From Octopus bimaculoides (Eukaryota): 64,000 nucleotides of DNA. Made by a program: the position numbers and the translations under genes. Positions 9,919 through 24,359 of this stretch are shown in pieces (position 1 is the stretch's first letter; every line of letters starts with the position of its first letter). The stretch is taken from positions 3,788,789-3,852,788 of the forward strand of contig NC_068989.1 of assembly GCF_001194135.2 (NCBI RefSeq). The letters run 5' to 3'. The notes below the pieces were generated by a model that was not told where the DNA came from, did no database searches, and worked only from the letters and a program-made list of their open reading frames with translations.

Positions 9919-12059
9919 TGGATTCCATTATTCAATGTGTTCTTTTATTTAAAATGGTAGTGTGTGATGAGAAACAGAACTGTCTACTATTTCTAGGAAG
10001 TTATTTGACCATGTAGAGGTAATATAGTGATTAATCAGTGCTATTTTCAGTTACTTTTTATACGTCTAAAATATCTGGCCTTTTGTTTATCTATTTGCTT
10101 GCATCACTTTTTATCCTTCCCAGGGCATTTTGTTTTTATTTTTATTATGGCGCTGGGTCAGTTTTCAAGCCTGTCATTGTCGATATCTATTTCTAGAAAT
10201 GTGTATTTGGATAGTATCTGCGTTTATTTCAGTGTAGTTCTTTTAAACATAATATCGGACGCTGGAATTGATACATCGATTAAAAGATATTTATATTTCC
10301 TACCAATCCTCTGCTATGATATCTGCAAAATGTTTCCGTTCATTGCCGCAGTAAAAATAACAACATGGATGTCGACGAAACAAAGTCGTGTCTCATCGTC
10401 GTACTCTTACTCTTATTTCTGGCGTATTTCAATTTCTTTTTCTACGTAATCTGTAGACTGGGAGTGTATATAACATGCAAAACTTTTAATGTAAACAAAC
10501 ACAAACACACGCAAAAATAAACACCACACACACACACACTTACACACACACAAACAAACAAACAAACAAACACGAAGAGTGGAATGAACGAATAAGCGTG
10601 AAAGGCCTGATTGAAAGAAAGAGTACAGTCGTACAAGATTTAGATAAATATATACTTATATATAAGAGACCAAAATGTACGTACACCGTGATATATATAT
10701 ATATATAGATAGACGATACAAAGAACACAAGGACGGGTCATTCGAAGTTTTCTTTCCTCAGTCGAGTTCCAGATTATCTTTGCAATTTCGGCTGGTTATA
10801 CTCGAGATTGCTCCAATCTGGCCAGCCCCAAGGAAAAAACTAAGCTATATATATATATACATACATACATGCATATATATATNNNNNNNNNNNNNNNNNN
10901 NNNNNNNNNNNNNNNNNNNNNNNNNNNNNNNNNNNNNNNNNNNNNNNNNNNNNNNNNNNNNNNNNNNNNNNNNNNNNNNNNNNNNNNNNNNNNNNNNNNN
11001 NNNNNNNNNNNNNNNNNNNNNNNNNNNNNNNNNNNNNNNNNNNNNNNNNNNNNNNNNNNNNNNNNNNNNNNNNNNNNNNNNNNNNNNNNNNNNNNNNNNN
11101 NNNNNNNNNNNNNNNNNNNNNNNNNNNNNNNNNNNNNNNNNNNNNNNNNNNNNNNNNNNNNNNNNNNNNNNNNNNNNNNNNNNNNNNNNNNNNNNNNNNN
11201 NNNNNNNNNNNNNNNNNNNNNNNNNNNNNNNNNNNNNNNNNNNNNNNNNNNNNNNNNNNNNNNNNNNNNNNNNNNNNNNNNNNNNNNNNNNNNNNNNNNN
11301 NNNNNNNATATATATATATATATGTGTATATGTGTGTGTATATATATATAAATTATACATATACATATATATATATACACACATATATAAATACACCCAC
11401 ACGCACACACACAAACACACACACAAACACACATATATATGTATACATACAAATATGTGTAGGTGCTGTATATACGTGTATGTGTATGTATACACAGTCT
11501 AGTTGAGAGTGTAGACTTTCTACCCAATAAGCTGTAGGCGTGGATATACATATTTAGTCCTCAATATATACACATATGCATACATACATATGCACACACA
11601 ATCACACACACATATATATATATCTATATATATATAAACATACACATGCATGCACAAACACACAGACATATTGGCATATTTGTCTTCACAACTAATTAAC
11701 TAGTATCAGAGGAATGTGTTTCCATGTTACCCATGCGTATGCAAGCCATTATAATTCTTTGTACAAATTGGCAATTGGGATGAAAAGATTTAAAATGTAC
11801 AGAAAACAATTAAATTAATCTTATATTGTAATTTAATTACAGCTATTTATAATTTACGTTTATTGCAACTTTGAAGAGAAAAATTCATGCATTTTTGCGT
11901 TCATATTAAAGAATGTATTTTTTTGTATTTATATTATAGTTATTTGATTTTACAGCATATCACTTCGCTGCATTCTGTAGAAATTGTCAACAACATTCAC
12001 AGTAGTATTTCAAATTCGATCTTTTCCCTACAGTAACTAATGAGATAATACCTCTGTGT

Positions 12060-12590
12060 TTGTTATGAGTAGCGTTTGTCTCAGTCTAGTTTTAGTTCTT
12101 CCGTGTAGCTGGCCTATTCACCGAATAGCAAGACGTCTCCAATCATCCTACATTTAGAACGGTCATCTTACCGGGTGGTCAGTTGCTTCAGATCTTTCTA
12201 CATAGTGCTCCGTATCTTTTCGGGTCTCCTTCACTTATTTCGTTCATCTGGTTGTAGCTACTGTAAAGTTCTCTTGTGTATTCGTTCTTTTGGCAGTCGG
12301 AAAATGTGATCTGCAACTTTCACTCTTTCAACAACAACCGCAGGCAAACTGCGCAGATTGGTTCTTGTCTGGAATTCAAAATTTGTGATTCTATTCCTGT
12401 AAGTAATCTTCAGTATTCTATATAAACACCATTTTAGCAGAGAGCATTCATTTCGTGTTATGCGAAGAGGTATTCGTAAATGATACGATGGTACATTACG
12501 TAAATGGTCAAAAAGAGAACGCCTCTTGAGCATTCTCGCTCTGATCTTCCAATCCTTTGTTCTTTTTCTGTACGTAGTATATTTTAAAAC
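12060..12590 (-). mobile_element. RTE-clade LINE ORF C-terminal fragment, decayed
   Basis: CLYRILKITYRNRITNFEFQTRTNLRSL...KVADHIFRLPKERIHKRTLQ*...RRPEKIRSTM*KDLKQL matches the RTE pattern CLRRIL.I.W.D.ITN.EV..R...GH..R....R.PK....GRP.K.W...DL. Confidence 0.7.
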
Positions 12591-12611
12591 AGTGACTAAA
12601 GGCGAAAACAG

Positions 12612-12792
12612 AAATTGCTTGGCGGCATTCCTTCCGAATTTACGCCCTGAGTTCAAATTCTGTTGAGATCGGCGTTGTTTTTCATCTTCTCAGGATCGAT
12701 AAAATAAGTACCGTCTGAAGACTGGGGTTGATGTAATTAAGTTCTCTCCTCCTCCTCCGAAATTTCTAGCCTTTTACCAACATTTGAAACCA
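12612..12792 (+). mobile_element. SINE family A, degraded, tail type 2
   Basis: CTGAGTTCAAATTC...TTTCATCTTCTCAGGATCGATAAAATAAGTACC...GAAATTTCTAGCCTTTTACCAACATTTGAAACC. Confidence 0.75.
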
Positions 12793-12794
12793 AA

Positions 12795-13100
12795 ATTACG
12801 GAGATTTGTTCTGATGTGGCATCGGCCATGACTGGTATGCGTGCTTTTCAATTTTTCTAAAGGAAGAAGTTACTAATGTATGCAACGTGTATTGTGCTTT
12901 ACGCAAAGAAAAAAAAATGCAGAATGGAATTTCACAATGCTTTGAAAGCATAAAAATCTCTCTTGACAAGATAACAGCAAATTCGGTCTGTTGTTGACAT
13001 TTTGCAAAATATGATTGGATATCAATGAAGAACGACTCAAACAAATGGTTTTATAATTGAAGTAAGGTTGTTATCTCGAGGAGATAGCTTGTAAAGGTTA
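12795..13100 (+). mobile_element. hAT (Buster/Charlie, ZBED5/SCAND3-type) transposase remnant
   Basis: ITEICSDVASAMTG (CTDGA.AM.G motif), VYCALRKE (HC.IHR) and EVRLLSRGDSL*R (EVRWLSRG.VL.R) occur in the correct order, with frameshifts and stops. Confidence 0.75.
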
Positions 13101-13362
13101 GCATCTGTTTTTTTTTAATCTAATTCATCCGTGGAATACCTTACTGCTGTGAATTCATAAATAGAATTGTCTCATACAAATCTTCTTTAAATTGCAGGAA
13201 TTTTCTTCGTTTCTGCAAATTATCAGGATTTGAACAGAAAGCAGATGAAAACATTTCAAATAATGACCTCCTCTTCTATATATATACGGCCGTTGTCCTA
13301 TTCTGTTAGGCTTTAGTCACCAAATTTTATAAGTGCATTCATGCTTTGCATTATACGGTGGG

Positions 13363-13508
13363 TTTCACATTTTGGCACAAGGTCAGTACTTATTTTACCG
13401 ATCCTTACAGGATGAAAAGCAAAGTCGACCACGGCGGAATTTGAACTCAGAACGTAAAGCCTAACGAAGTGCCGCGAAGCGTTTTGCACGGTGTGCTAAC
13501 AATTCAGC
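13363..13508 (-). mobile_element. SINE family A, internally deleted
   Basis: GGATGAAAAGCAAAGTCGACCACGGCGGAATTTGAACTCAGAACGT. Confidence 0.8.
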
Positions 13509-13621
13509 TTATCTATTATATTATGTTGCAGTACGTTTCTTGCCCCCCTCCACCCCGACTCCTCTTTATTATCGGATCATTTGTAGTGTATGTTGTGGGG
13601 CCCTTAATGTAATGAAGGGAA

Positions 13622-14011
<390 letters not shown>

Positions 14012-14786
14012 AACGATAGATTTTCTTAGCCGTCGTAGAAATCGTTTTGAAGCATCGCCACAAATATTCGTGTCAAATCCGAACACGAGCAGGTAGTTCG
14101 AAATCTATTTGTTAAGGGAGATATTAACGCTGGATACCAATGTCAGTCAACTGCATAAGCCTTTCCCTTGCACAATAAATTTATGGTGTAAAATCCGGAA
14201 ACTTTCTGATAACACCTCGCAAACATAAAAGGAAGTTGATAATATGGAAAATTATAAACCTAAAGGACTCAATTTGATTTCTACTGCAGAACCGATTAAT
14301 GTTTAATTTCTCATAAATTTGCAATTTGTTCAGCATATTTGGCTAATGATATGAATATTCATAACTGTACAACAATAACGCTTATTTTGTTCATCTTCAA
14401 TCATTTAAAAATTTGTAGAGAATTCAAATATTGCAATTTTTTCTTAATTGAAATGATTGTATAATATAGCGGAAGTCGTCGACAAAAACTACACCGGAAA
14501 TTGGAGGATATCAAGAAGAAAATTTGAAAAAAATATTTTATCGTTCTGTAGAAATAAAGAAAAGTGGTGGAAACTATCAACAAATGACGGAAATCAATGA
14601 AAAATTATTGAAAAGCCACGGAATGAAGCAAATATTGTAGAAATGACAGAAATGTAAGGAAATATTTTTTGTAAAGATTTATGACAAAATTTTGGCAATT
14701 AATTTTAAAATGCCTTCATGTAAATATTTTATTATTTGTGAATGTCATTACTGAAGAACTTTATGCCCATAGTTGTAATTGTTGTA

Positions 14787-14837
<51 letters not shown>

Positions 14838-15160
14838 TTGTCTTCTTTTCACTACACTACCGAGCGCAGCTCTGTGCGCCTTGGGTATGTGCTGTGGTTT
14901 GTTGTGATGCTCTTATTGTTACTGTATTGAAAGTGGTTTATGTAGGATGTGTGCGGTGCCTAGTAGTGCTATTTTCTGTATGTTGTATATACTTGTTAGT
15001 CCTGGTGTTTTTGCTATGTATTTGTCTGAATATTTTTCATCATACTTAATGTGCCTACTATAATAGGAATTGTTTCTGTTTTTAGGCTCCACATTCGAAT
15101 TACCTCTACTTCCAGATCTTTGTATTTTGAAAGTTTCTCCGTTTCTTTAAGAGAAACATT

Positions 15161-15284
<124 letters not shown>

Positions 15285-15467
15285 GAAGCTTATACTTTCT
15301 ATACAGAAAAGCGGAAGAATTATGAATTTTAACATTTTCCCAAGGAGATCACTAATTTTCGTATTGGATTCCACTAGATTTAGTATTACGGAAATCATAC
15401 TGACGACCGTTAAGGAGAGAGATTGAAGGCATTACAGAACTTCTTTGTTAACGAATGTCTACATCAC

Positions 15468-15691
15468 CAGCGGCGAGCTGGCAGAAACGTTAGCACGTTG
15501 GGCGAAATGCTTAGCGGTATTTTGTCTGCTTCTACGTTCTGAGTTCAAACTCCGCCGAGGTCGACTTAGCCTTTCATCCTTTCGGGGTCGATAAATAAAG
15601 CACCAGTTACGCACTGGGGTCGATGTAATCGACTTAATTTGTTTGTCCCCTCTATGTTTAGCCCCCTGTGGGCAATAAAGAATATGAATAT
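15468..15691 (+). mobile_element. SINE family A, full length, tail type 1, 15-bp TSD
   Basis: Head CGGCGAGCTGGCAGAAACGTTAGCACG; tail GCCCCCTGTGGGCAATAAAGAATATGAATAT; GAATGTCTACATCAC duplicated at 15453-15467 and 15692-15706. Confidence 0.93.
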
Positions 15692-15984
15692 GAATGTCTA
15701 CATCACTTTAAAGATATTAGAGTGAGTGCGACTGGACTATAGTGGACAAGGCTAGAGCGGTTACTTTTATGTGAATGGGACTACATCATATTGCATCATA
15801 CTTCCCTAAAATAATAGGGAAATCTAGAAAAAATTAAATCCTCACGGTTAGACAAGATTACAAAACAAAACTATAGTAACTTGAGACACACGAAACCCTT
15901 GCACTCACTACCTTCAACTACTTATACCAATGCTAAAATTCCTAGAAACTGGAACTGGCCAAAACAACAATTCTAAAATCTGAC

Positions 15985-16285
<301 letters not shown>

Positions 16286-17007
16286 CCAACTAAATTAATA
16301 GGTAAAGAGAAAAGATAAAATCCAATAGTGACGCCTCGTCGTTCGGCCGACAGCTTATGTTCGGTAGGATTGCTTCACCAAAGCTGACCTTAGCAGAGAT
16401 ACAGAGAGCAACAAGCACTTCAAAGTTTGAATAATGATTAGGAAAAGAAATATCCTTATTCTATCAGAATTTGAACTCTCACTTCGTTTCAGCAATCCTC
16501 AAAGATGGAAGTTAAATCTGAAGAGGTAAAAATGTTAGTGCAATTATGTCTTCATCCTTCTACATCTTCCATTTTTTTTTCTATCTTCCTTTTCAATTTG
16601 GACATTACATTGAACAGACTTGTGAACATATCAATTAAATTGCAAACAAAATATAACAAAAACAAAATAACAAAATATAATAAAATATTATAATGAAGCA
16701 TCGTTTCTATTTTTCGCCATTTTGCAAGTGAAAATAGTAAAAAAAGGAAAGCAAATTAAATTCTGTGATGTCGACTAAACGTTATTCATTAATTGTCAAC
16801 AGAGGCAAAAATGAACTGTCTGTTGATTGCTTCATTACTAATTATAGAGAACGCAAATGAATTCACCCGCAGAATATGTATGTATGCATGCACGTATATA
16901 TGTGTGTTTATGCATGTGTTTATGCATGTGTGTATGTGTGTGTATGTAGTAGGTATACACGCATTTGTATATGTATGTACACACATATATATATATGTAT
17001 GTGTATG

Positions 17008-17044
<37 letters not shown>

Positions 17045-17268
17045 NNNNNNNNNNNNNNNNNNNNNNNNNNNNNNNNNNNNNNNNNNNNNNNNNNNNNNNN
17101 NNNNNNNNNNNNNNNNNNNNNNNNNNNNNNNNNNNNNNNNNNNNNNNNNNNNNNNNNNNNNNNNNNNNNNNNNNNNNNNNNNNNNNNNNNNNNNNNNNNN
17201 NNNNNNNNNNNNNNNNNNNNNNNNNNNNNNNNNNNNNNNNNNNNNNNNNNNNNNNNNNNNNNNNNNNN

Positions 17269-17299
<31 letters not shown>

Positions 17300-17308
17300 G
17301 TGTGTGTG

Positions 17309-17354
<46 letters not shown>

Positions 17355-18072
17355 TATATGTATATATACGTGCGTGTGTGTGTGTAAATGTGTGCATGTA
17401 TGTGTGTATTTATGTACTTGCACGTTACTCACATATACATATATCTATAGATTTATAGGTACTACATATGTATATGTGTATGCGTGTATCTATGTATCAA
17501 TGTATATGTATATACTCTCTTGCACAAAGGCATACACACACGCGCGCCCATGCGCACACATGTATTTATGTATGTATGTATTTATGGATGGATGAATGGA
17601 TGGATGGACGGATGTATGTAACGAACAGAAAAAAAAGAAGCGAAATCATCACTCGTGAAATATCTTTCACACATAAATGTTTCCTTTTTAACTTTTTGGT
17701 TTTTGTTCTTCTTATTCCCCTGCGGAATAATTATCATAGCATCAAGTAATTTGAGGATGTTACCGTATTTATTAGCCGCTGCTGTCATTGATGACTAACT
17801 TTGACCAACACTATTAGAGAGAAGACCAGTGCCAAGGTGGAAGTTAATCAAATAACGCCTCTGGCTATCGACAAAAGTCAAGTCCTTTTATCTCTATTTT
17901 TGAGGAAATTACTACATGCTGCCATTATCACGAAACGAAACTTAGTGCGAACCTTCACCCGTTATTATGTTTCCCCAAGTCATGTCTGATGGAGCACGCA
18001 AGGTGTCAACCGAACGACGGAATATGGTACACTGTTATTTCATGTCTTCGCAAAACCGAGAGCTAGATTTTC

Positions 18073-18290
18073 TTTTCTTTTCTATTATAAGTACACTGCC
18101 TGAAATTTGGTGGATGGTGTTAGTCGATTACATTAATCATAGTACTCGACTGGTATTTATTTTATCGATCCCGAAAGGATGAAAGGCAAAGTCGACCTCG
18201 ACAGTATTTCAACTAAGAACGTAAAAAGCCAGAAAAACACTGATTCGCATTTTGTCAGGCGTGCTAATGATTCTGCAAACTCGCTGCCAT
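18073..18290 (-). mobile_element. SINE family A, tail type 2
   Basis: TATCGATCCCGAAAGGATGAAAGGCAAAGTCGACCTCG...GCGTGCTAATGATTCTGC. Confidence 0.85.
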
Positions 18291-19167
18291 TAGATGAAGA
18301 TTATATTGCTCATATTAGACCATCTTGAAATAGCAGCTGAATATCTTAGATAACCGTCTGGCCAAGAAGGAAGGGCACTTGGGTTATGTGTCCCTGAAAG
18401 TCGAATATCTGAAATGTTGGAGAGATTAAACTCTATAATAGGTTAAAGCTAATCTGGGAATAAGCAACAGTGACTATTTCTACCGTTTCTCTGCGACTGT
18501 AGTGACTCCGTGTCAATGAGATGTCCATATATACATTCCTTTCAAAATGGAAGTACACTTTGGATAAAGTTATTCGGATATTTAGGGATAAATGAAGATG
18601 GTGAAAGCTACAATGCCTTTGACTATAGATATGTGAGATTTTATCTGGTCTGGGACAACTAAACCACAACAACGACGACGGGAACAACGGAAACCGCCTG
18701 TACACATATATGTGAATATATATATATATATATATATATATANNNNNNNNNNNNNNNNNNNNNNNNNNNNNNNNNNNNNNNNNNNNNNNNNNNNNNNNNN
18801 NNNNNNNNNNNNNNNNNNNNNNNNNNNNNNNNNNNNNNNNNNNNNNNNNNNNNNNNNNNNNNNNNNNNNNNNNNNNNNNNNNNNNNNNNNNNATATATAA
18901 GAGTACAAAAAATACGAGAAGACAACAGGCGACAATAAAACATCCAGATAGTTGCAATGCAACTTTCCGTTTTGTAGAAAGAAAAGCAGCCAGACGGAGG
19001 AACTATCTTCATTTATATGGAAGATCAAAAATAAAATCACAAATGACAAAAGGAGAAACGAACACGCAATCAAGCGAGAAAAGTATCTAAATATGAAGAG
19101 AAAGAGAGAGAGGGAGATAGAGAAAGGAATAGAAAGAGTGGGGAAGACACATTGAAAGAGAGTTAAG

Positions 19168-19219
<52 letters not shown>

Positions 19220-20153
19220 AAGCTAAATTGCTAATACACCAATACACATCTTTATAAATTCAAAGCCGCGCAGATAAAGAGTCAGTGTGTTATGCAACTC
19301 CGACCTTTTTTTTTCGTGTACGTAATGGTAGCCGACAACACTAGAGTTATCTTGAACTTAACTGTAGCCAATCTTCCTTTACTGTTTCGCCTCTCTCTGT
19401 TGCAAGGTCAGCAGCTTCATTAAATCTTGACTTTTGTAATTCAAAAGAATGGCCTGTAGTATATTTGAGCTTCTCAAAGAATGTTCAATTAAATTACTCT
19501 TTGAAACGTAAAACGCTCTCAGCTAACAACGACTCAGTTCGTGAAATTAACTGTCTATTACTTATTATTTGTGAAAAACGAACTCTAAATACAAGAGTAA
19601 TGTTTGTTCATAATCTGAAACATTCAATCATATTATCCACCCCCGAGAACTCGACTTTCTATAGTTGCCGACATTTGTTATTTTCGATTTGACCTAGCAG
19701 ACGACAGTAGAAATTGTTTCAGACAAAGACGTCAATTATCTTGGCTAATGGCACGTAAACTTTATTGTACTTGGAATTGTTCTGTGAATGGTAGAATTAA
19801 AACACCACCTTTGAAAGGTTTCATTAAGCGAATTCGGTATTATGGTAATGAAGCACTGAGAATAACAGGAACACTAGCAGAAGAGATATAAACACGGCAT
19901 CGCTCCCTTTTTACGATTTGATCTTGTAATTGCACTTTACGAATGCACTTTTCGTGCAAAATGCAATGTAGTTATCGATATCCAATGAGAAAATGGATTC
20001 TAACATACTTAAGCAGAAAGCCCCCAAAATTATAAGTGACCCGAAATTACACTGGTTATTTTGAGAAGAAATTACTAATTAATTCCAGTCAAATAACGAC
20101 AGAAGAGAAAAACCCCAAATTTGAATTATTAAAAATGTATTCAGTATGAAATG

Positions 20154-20206
<53 letters not shown>

Positions 20207-20216
20207 CATCTATCTA

Positions 20217-20268
<52 letters not shown>

Positions 20269-20391
20269 CGTGTATGTATGTACGACTTTCAGCCTACCTG
20301 CCTGTCTTTCTGTCTGTGCTTGTATTAATCACTCAATCAATCTATCTATCTATCTACCTGCCTCTCTCTCTCTGTATCTATCTATATAATC

Positions 20392-20447
<56 letters not shown>

Positions 20448-20458
20448 GAGAGATATAT

Positions 20459-20493
<35 letters not shown>

Positions 20494-20625
20494 TATAGAT
20501 AGATAGATAGATGGGTATATAAAATAATACGAAGAGAGAAATATAGATAGATTTGGGTAAGTAGTAAGTAGCTAGCTTGCTAGCTAACTAGAAATACATA
20601 GACAGACAGATAGACAGACAGACAA

Positions 20626-20672
<47 letters not shown>

Positions 20673-20673
20673 G
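20154..20673. repeat. Compound tetranucleotide microsatellite (CTAT)(CTGT)...(AGAT)(AGAC)
   Basis: Directly visible; the two halves are reverse complements in motif order. Confidence 0.9.
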
Positions 20674-21240
20674 TCACAAGCATATGAGAAAACCCGGGCC
20701 ATTAGGCAGTGATAGTGAAAGCGAAACTAAGTTGAGCTATGTTAAGCCAGGTCACCCGTCAGCCTAAAATTAATAAGACGAACAGCATAAAAAATAACAA
20801 CGCCTACACACTACCATTCATCACTACTTCCACCCAGTAACCCCACCCGTATGTCAGCCACCCAGCCATTAAATTTCTGTCTGTGTAGCAAGAATTATAA
20901 CAGGCAGCCGCCTAATGAAATAGTCATTATATTGAGGAGATATTAGGAAAAGAACATAGAAGAAATCAATAATCGCTTCGTGCCAGGAGGCACAGGTATA
21001 GGTTATGGTTGGTAAACTGCAAACTGCAAAACCCAGTTGTCAGCGAATCATCCAAGACCGAACCACAAGTGCTGCTGTCTGATGTTGCATATACAGACAC
21101 AGAAATATAATTACGCACATTTAAGCAGAAACACATTTAGAAAGTAAATCGTATACACATTATGCATGTGCTCACATAGAATTAGATAGAAAGAGAGTAG
21201 AAAGATGTAAGATTGGAAAAGAGTGAGAGACAGGCAGAGT

Positions 21241-21281
<41 letters not shown>

Positions 21282-21725
21282 AGAGAGAGAGAGAAAGTGA
21301 GAGAGAGCGTGTGTGTGTGAGAGAGAAGGGAGGGGTGGAATGGAGGTGGAAAGGAGAATGAAAGTAAGAACTTTGGTTAAATGTTGCGAAATGTGGTTCA
21401 AAGAATGCTGAGATACTACTTACTTATAGCGTCTATGCATTCTCATACAAAGAGCCTCATAAATAAAGTACATATACATATACACAGAGGAACGTAAATA
21501 TACATACATAGACACACACACAAGCATATACACAAACATATATGCATGCATTTACAGATATACACATGCACACAAACTCGCAAACACATATTTCTTTATT
21601 CCTTTATGCGTTCCAAGCAAATTCCTGTGGCCATGCTGGAGTACTGCCATATATATTCTCACTCTTTGTTTTATACACATATACTCTCTCTCTCACACAC
21701 CTACACAAGCACACACGCAAACATA

Positions 21726-21870
21726 GAGGCGTAGGAGTGGCTCTATGATATGAATCTTGCTTCTCATGTATGCAGGTCTTGGGTCGGTACCACTGCGTGG
21801 TACCTCGGCCAAGTATCTTCTGTTATAGCGTCGGCCAATAAAAGTCTCGTCAGTTGATATTTGGTAATGT
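21726..21870 (+). mobile_element. SINE family B, 5' half
   Basis: GGCGTAGGAGTGGCTCTATG...CCACTGCGTGGTACCTCGGCCAAGTATCTTC. Confidence 0.7.
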
Positions 21871-21887
21871 ATTTATATATATACATA

Positions 21888-21918
<31 letters not shown>

Positions 21919-22053
21919 TTGTATGATGTGTCATATGTATATNNNNNNNNNNNNNNNNNNNNNNNNNNNNNNNNNNNNNNNNNNNNNNNNNNNNNNNNNN
22001 NNNNNNNNNNNNNNNNNNNNNNNNNNNNNNNNNNNNNNNNNNNNNNNNNNNNN

Positions 22054-22087
<34 letters not shown>

Positions 22088-23088
22088 GATAGATAGATAT
22101 ACACATACAACAGTCATAGACATGTATATATGTATATATATCATGCATTCACACTCACACACATAATCACATTCGCACACACACACACGTACACACATTT
22201 GCACACACACACTGAGATGTATACAGAGTGCTGTTAATTTAAAAACATGAGTATACTCATGGTTAAACGTTAATTATTTCCGTGTATTCAATTACATGCA
22301 ATCTATTTCTCTCTTTAAAATGGTGTAAGTTTAAATACAAACATTTAAATTTAGCCTAATGCAATTATTGACAGTATCAATAATGCCACGAAAATGAACA
22401 GAATCAATTCTAAGAATATTTATATCTAATTTACTCCGCAAGCGAAGGTATGGCCATGTAGTTAAAAGCTTGAATCACGTCGCTGAAATTAATGTTGTTG
22501 CACTTCGTGTCTGCTGAGCGTTTGTCTCTGACTGTCATGTGAATCTTTAACTATCCTACTCGCTTATAAGCTTCATTAGTTCAGTGTCTTCATTAGATGA
22601 TTCTGTCATCAATGACGGCTTCATTACACTGCATCTTGTTGTCGTTATTCTTACTTCACTTAACAACTCTGCTGGGTGTCCTATACTCCGAGGTAGGTTT
22701 AGTTTCCGCGCACTCTTTTAGTTCTACATTGACGACAACTGGCTTTCAATTATAACATCGCTGATGACAGCACAGAAAATTCTATTTTAAATTACTAATT
22801 CGCCCAGCCATTTCCTAGATATGCTTTCAATCCCTTCAACATGCAACATGCAAACTGCCGTTTGCAAGACTCCTGTCCAGCCAACAACAAACCTATTTTA
22901 AATCTTACAGCAAAAGAAGCAACGATGTCTTCTTTAAATCCTAAACAATGCACCCCATCTCACATTGTCAAAGCATCTATAACAGCTCTTGCCTATGAAT
23001 CCCTTTGTGCTTCCCATACCTAGCAACTTTCCCTGTTTGGTATGTTGTTCTACAACTTAGAACCTGACAAAACATAATCGCACATTTT

Positions 23089-23307
23089 TTATTTATTTCT
23101 TTATTGCCCCTAAATATCTAAACATAGCGGGGACAAACAAGGGGATTAAGTCGATTACAGTGCGTAACTGGTACTTAATTTATTGACTCCGAAAGGATGA
23201 AAGGCAAAGTCGACCTCGGTGGAATTTGAACTCAGGACGTAGCAGCAGGTGAAATACCGTTAAGCATTTCGTCCGGCGTGCTAACAATTCTGCCGGCTCA
23301 CCGCCTT
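23089..23307 (-). mobile_element. SINE family A, tail type 1, degenerate 13-bp TSD
   Basis: Full head to tail; TAATCGCACATTT (23076) versus TAATCTCATATTT (23308). Confidence 0.88.
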
Positions 23308-23789
23308 TAATCTCATATTTATTGAGAAAGTAAAAATAGTTTTACAAATGTGAAAAAAAAAAAGGTAAAAAAAAAGGCGTAATGGTGCAAATGTTATCAA
23401 GACACAAACTATGTTTTTCAGAAATCAACAACACCGCAGTCATCAAAATGGCAAAATAATTATAGACGGAAAATTACGAAATAATTACAGACGCATCTAA
23501 AATATATATTGGAGAAGCTAACATAAAAAAGATACAAGCCGAATTACACATCAGAAATAGCCAACTTCATAAAAACGGGAGACAACATCAGACATAGTAT
23601 ACTAAAACCACGTAGAGCCGAAATAAAATTCGGCATCAAACAGCTTAATAAAGAAATAGATATAAAAAATAAAGTAAATAAACCATGGAAAACCAGACAA
23701 CTGGTCATCGTTTGTATCTAGGATAAAACATCCAATTAACTGAAGAATACTGTGTAGAGAAATTTGCAGTAGCTTCAACAAGAGTGGTC

Positions 23790-24270
23790 ACACCACATAC
23801 CCATGTCACGGTGAAAACCATCAGGTGGTAAGAAACCCCTATTTTGCCCTGCATATAAATCTCCTGGAAACTGTTCAAAAACGTGCAACCAAACGAATAC
23901 CAGCGGTCAGACATCTGCCATACTCTGATCGTCTTGCTTCCCTGGGCATGGATACATTGATGGTCAGACGTCTGCCAACTGACTTGGTAGACACCCACAA
24001 GATTATCCACCATCTTTCCAACAACAACCTTGGACACGTTTTTGAATTCCATATGACAAACACTCGCGGACATGCTTATAAAATCAAAGACCAACACAGC
24101 ACCCATGACTTTCGGAAACATTTTTTCACGCTCAGAATTGGTGAAGCATGGAATAAGCTACCAGCATCAGTTTTTAGCTGTTGAGATATTAAATCCTTCA
24201 AAACTTCCATGCATCCTAAAATCCACCAACAGTACACCTGATGGGTGTAATCCATACATGGTCTGTTTGT
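23790..24270 (+). mobile_element. CR1-clade LINE 3' end
   Basis: NPYFALHINLLETVQKRATKRI...LPYSDRLASLG...TRGHAYKI...RKHFFTLRIGEAWNKLP, the canonical CR1 ORF2 C-terminus. Confidence 0.9.
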
Positions 24271-24359
24271 TTTTTGTTCGAAATCACAGCGCAGTTTCAG
24301 ACTCAGCCACTACACTATTCAGGATCCTAAATGCGCTTTGTATTGTTTTAGCTTTCGAA

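Noticed and set aside
12795-13100. Domesticated ZBED/Buster gene
   Set aside because: Multiple stops and frameshifts; an ordinary dead transposase.
14030-14092. Possible exon RRRNRFEASPQIFVSNPNTS
   Set aside because: Weak donor (GTAGTT) and no homology; within chance expectation.
22760-22785. CTGATGA-CAGCACA-GAAA as a minimal hammerhead
   Set aside because: No base-paired stem II and no stem I or III partner.
22800-23035. Minus-strand FDNVRWGALFRI as an RTE RT motif (AFD.V.W..L)
   Set aside because: Single short motif without supporting neighbours; too weak to call.
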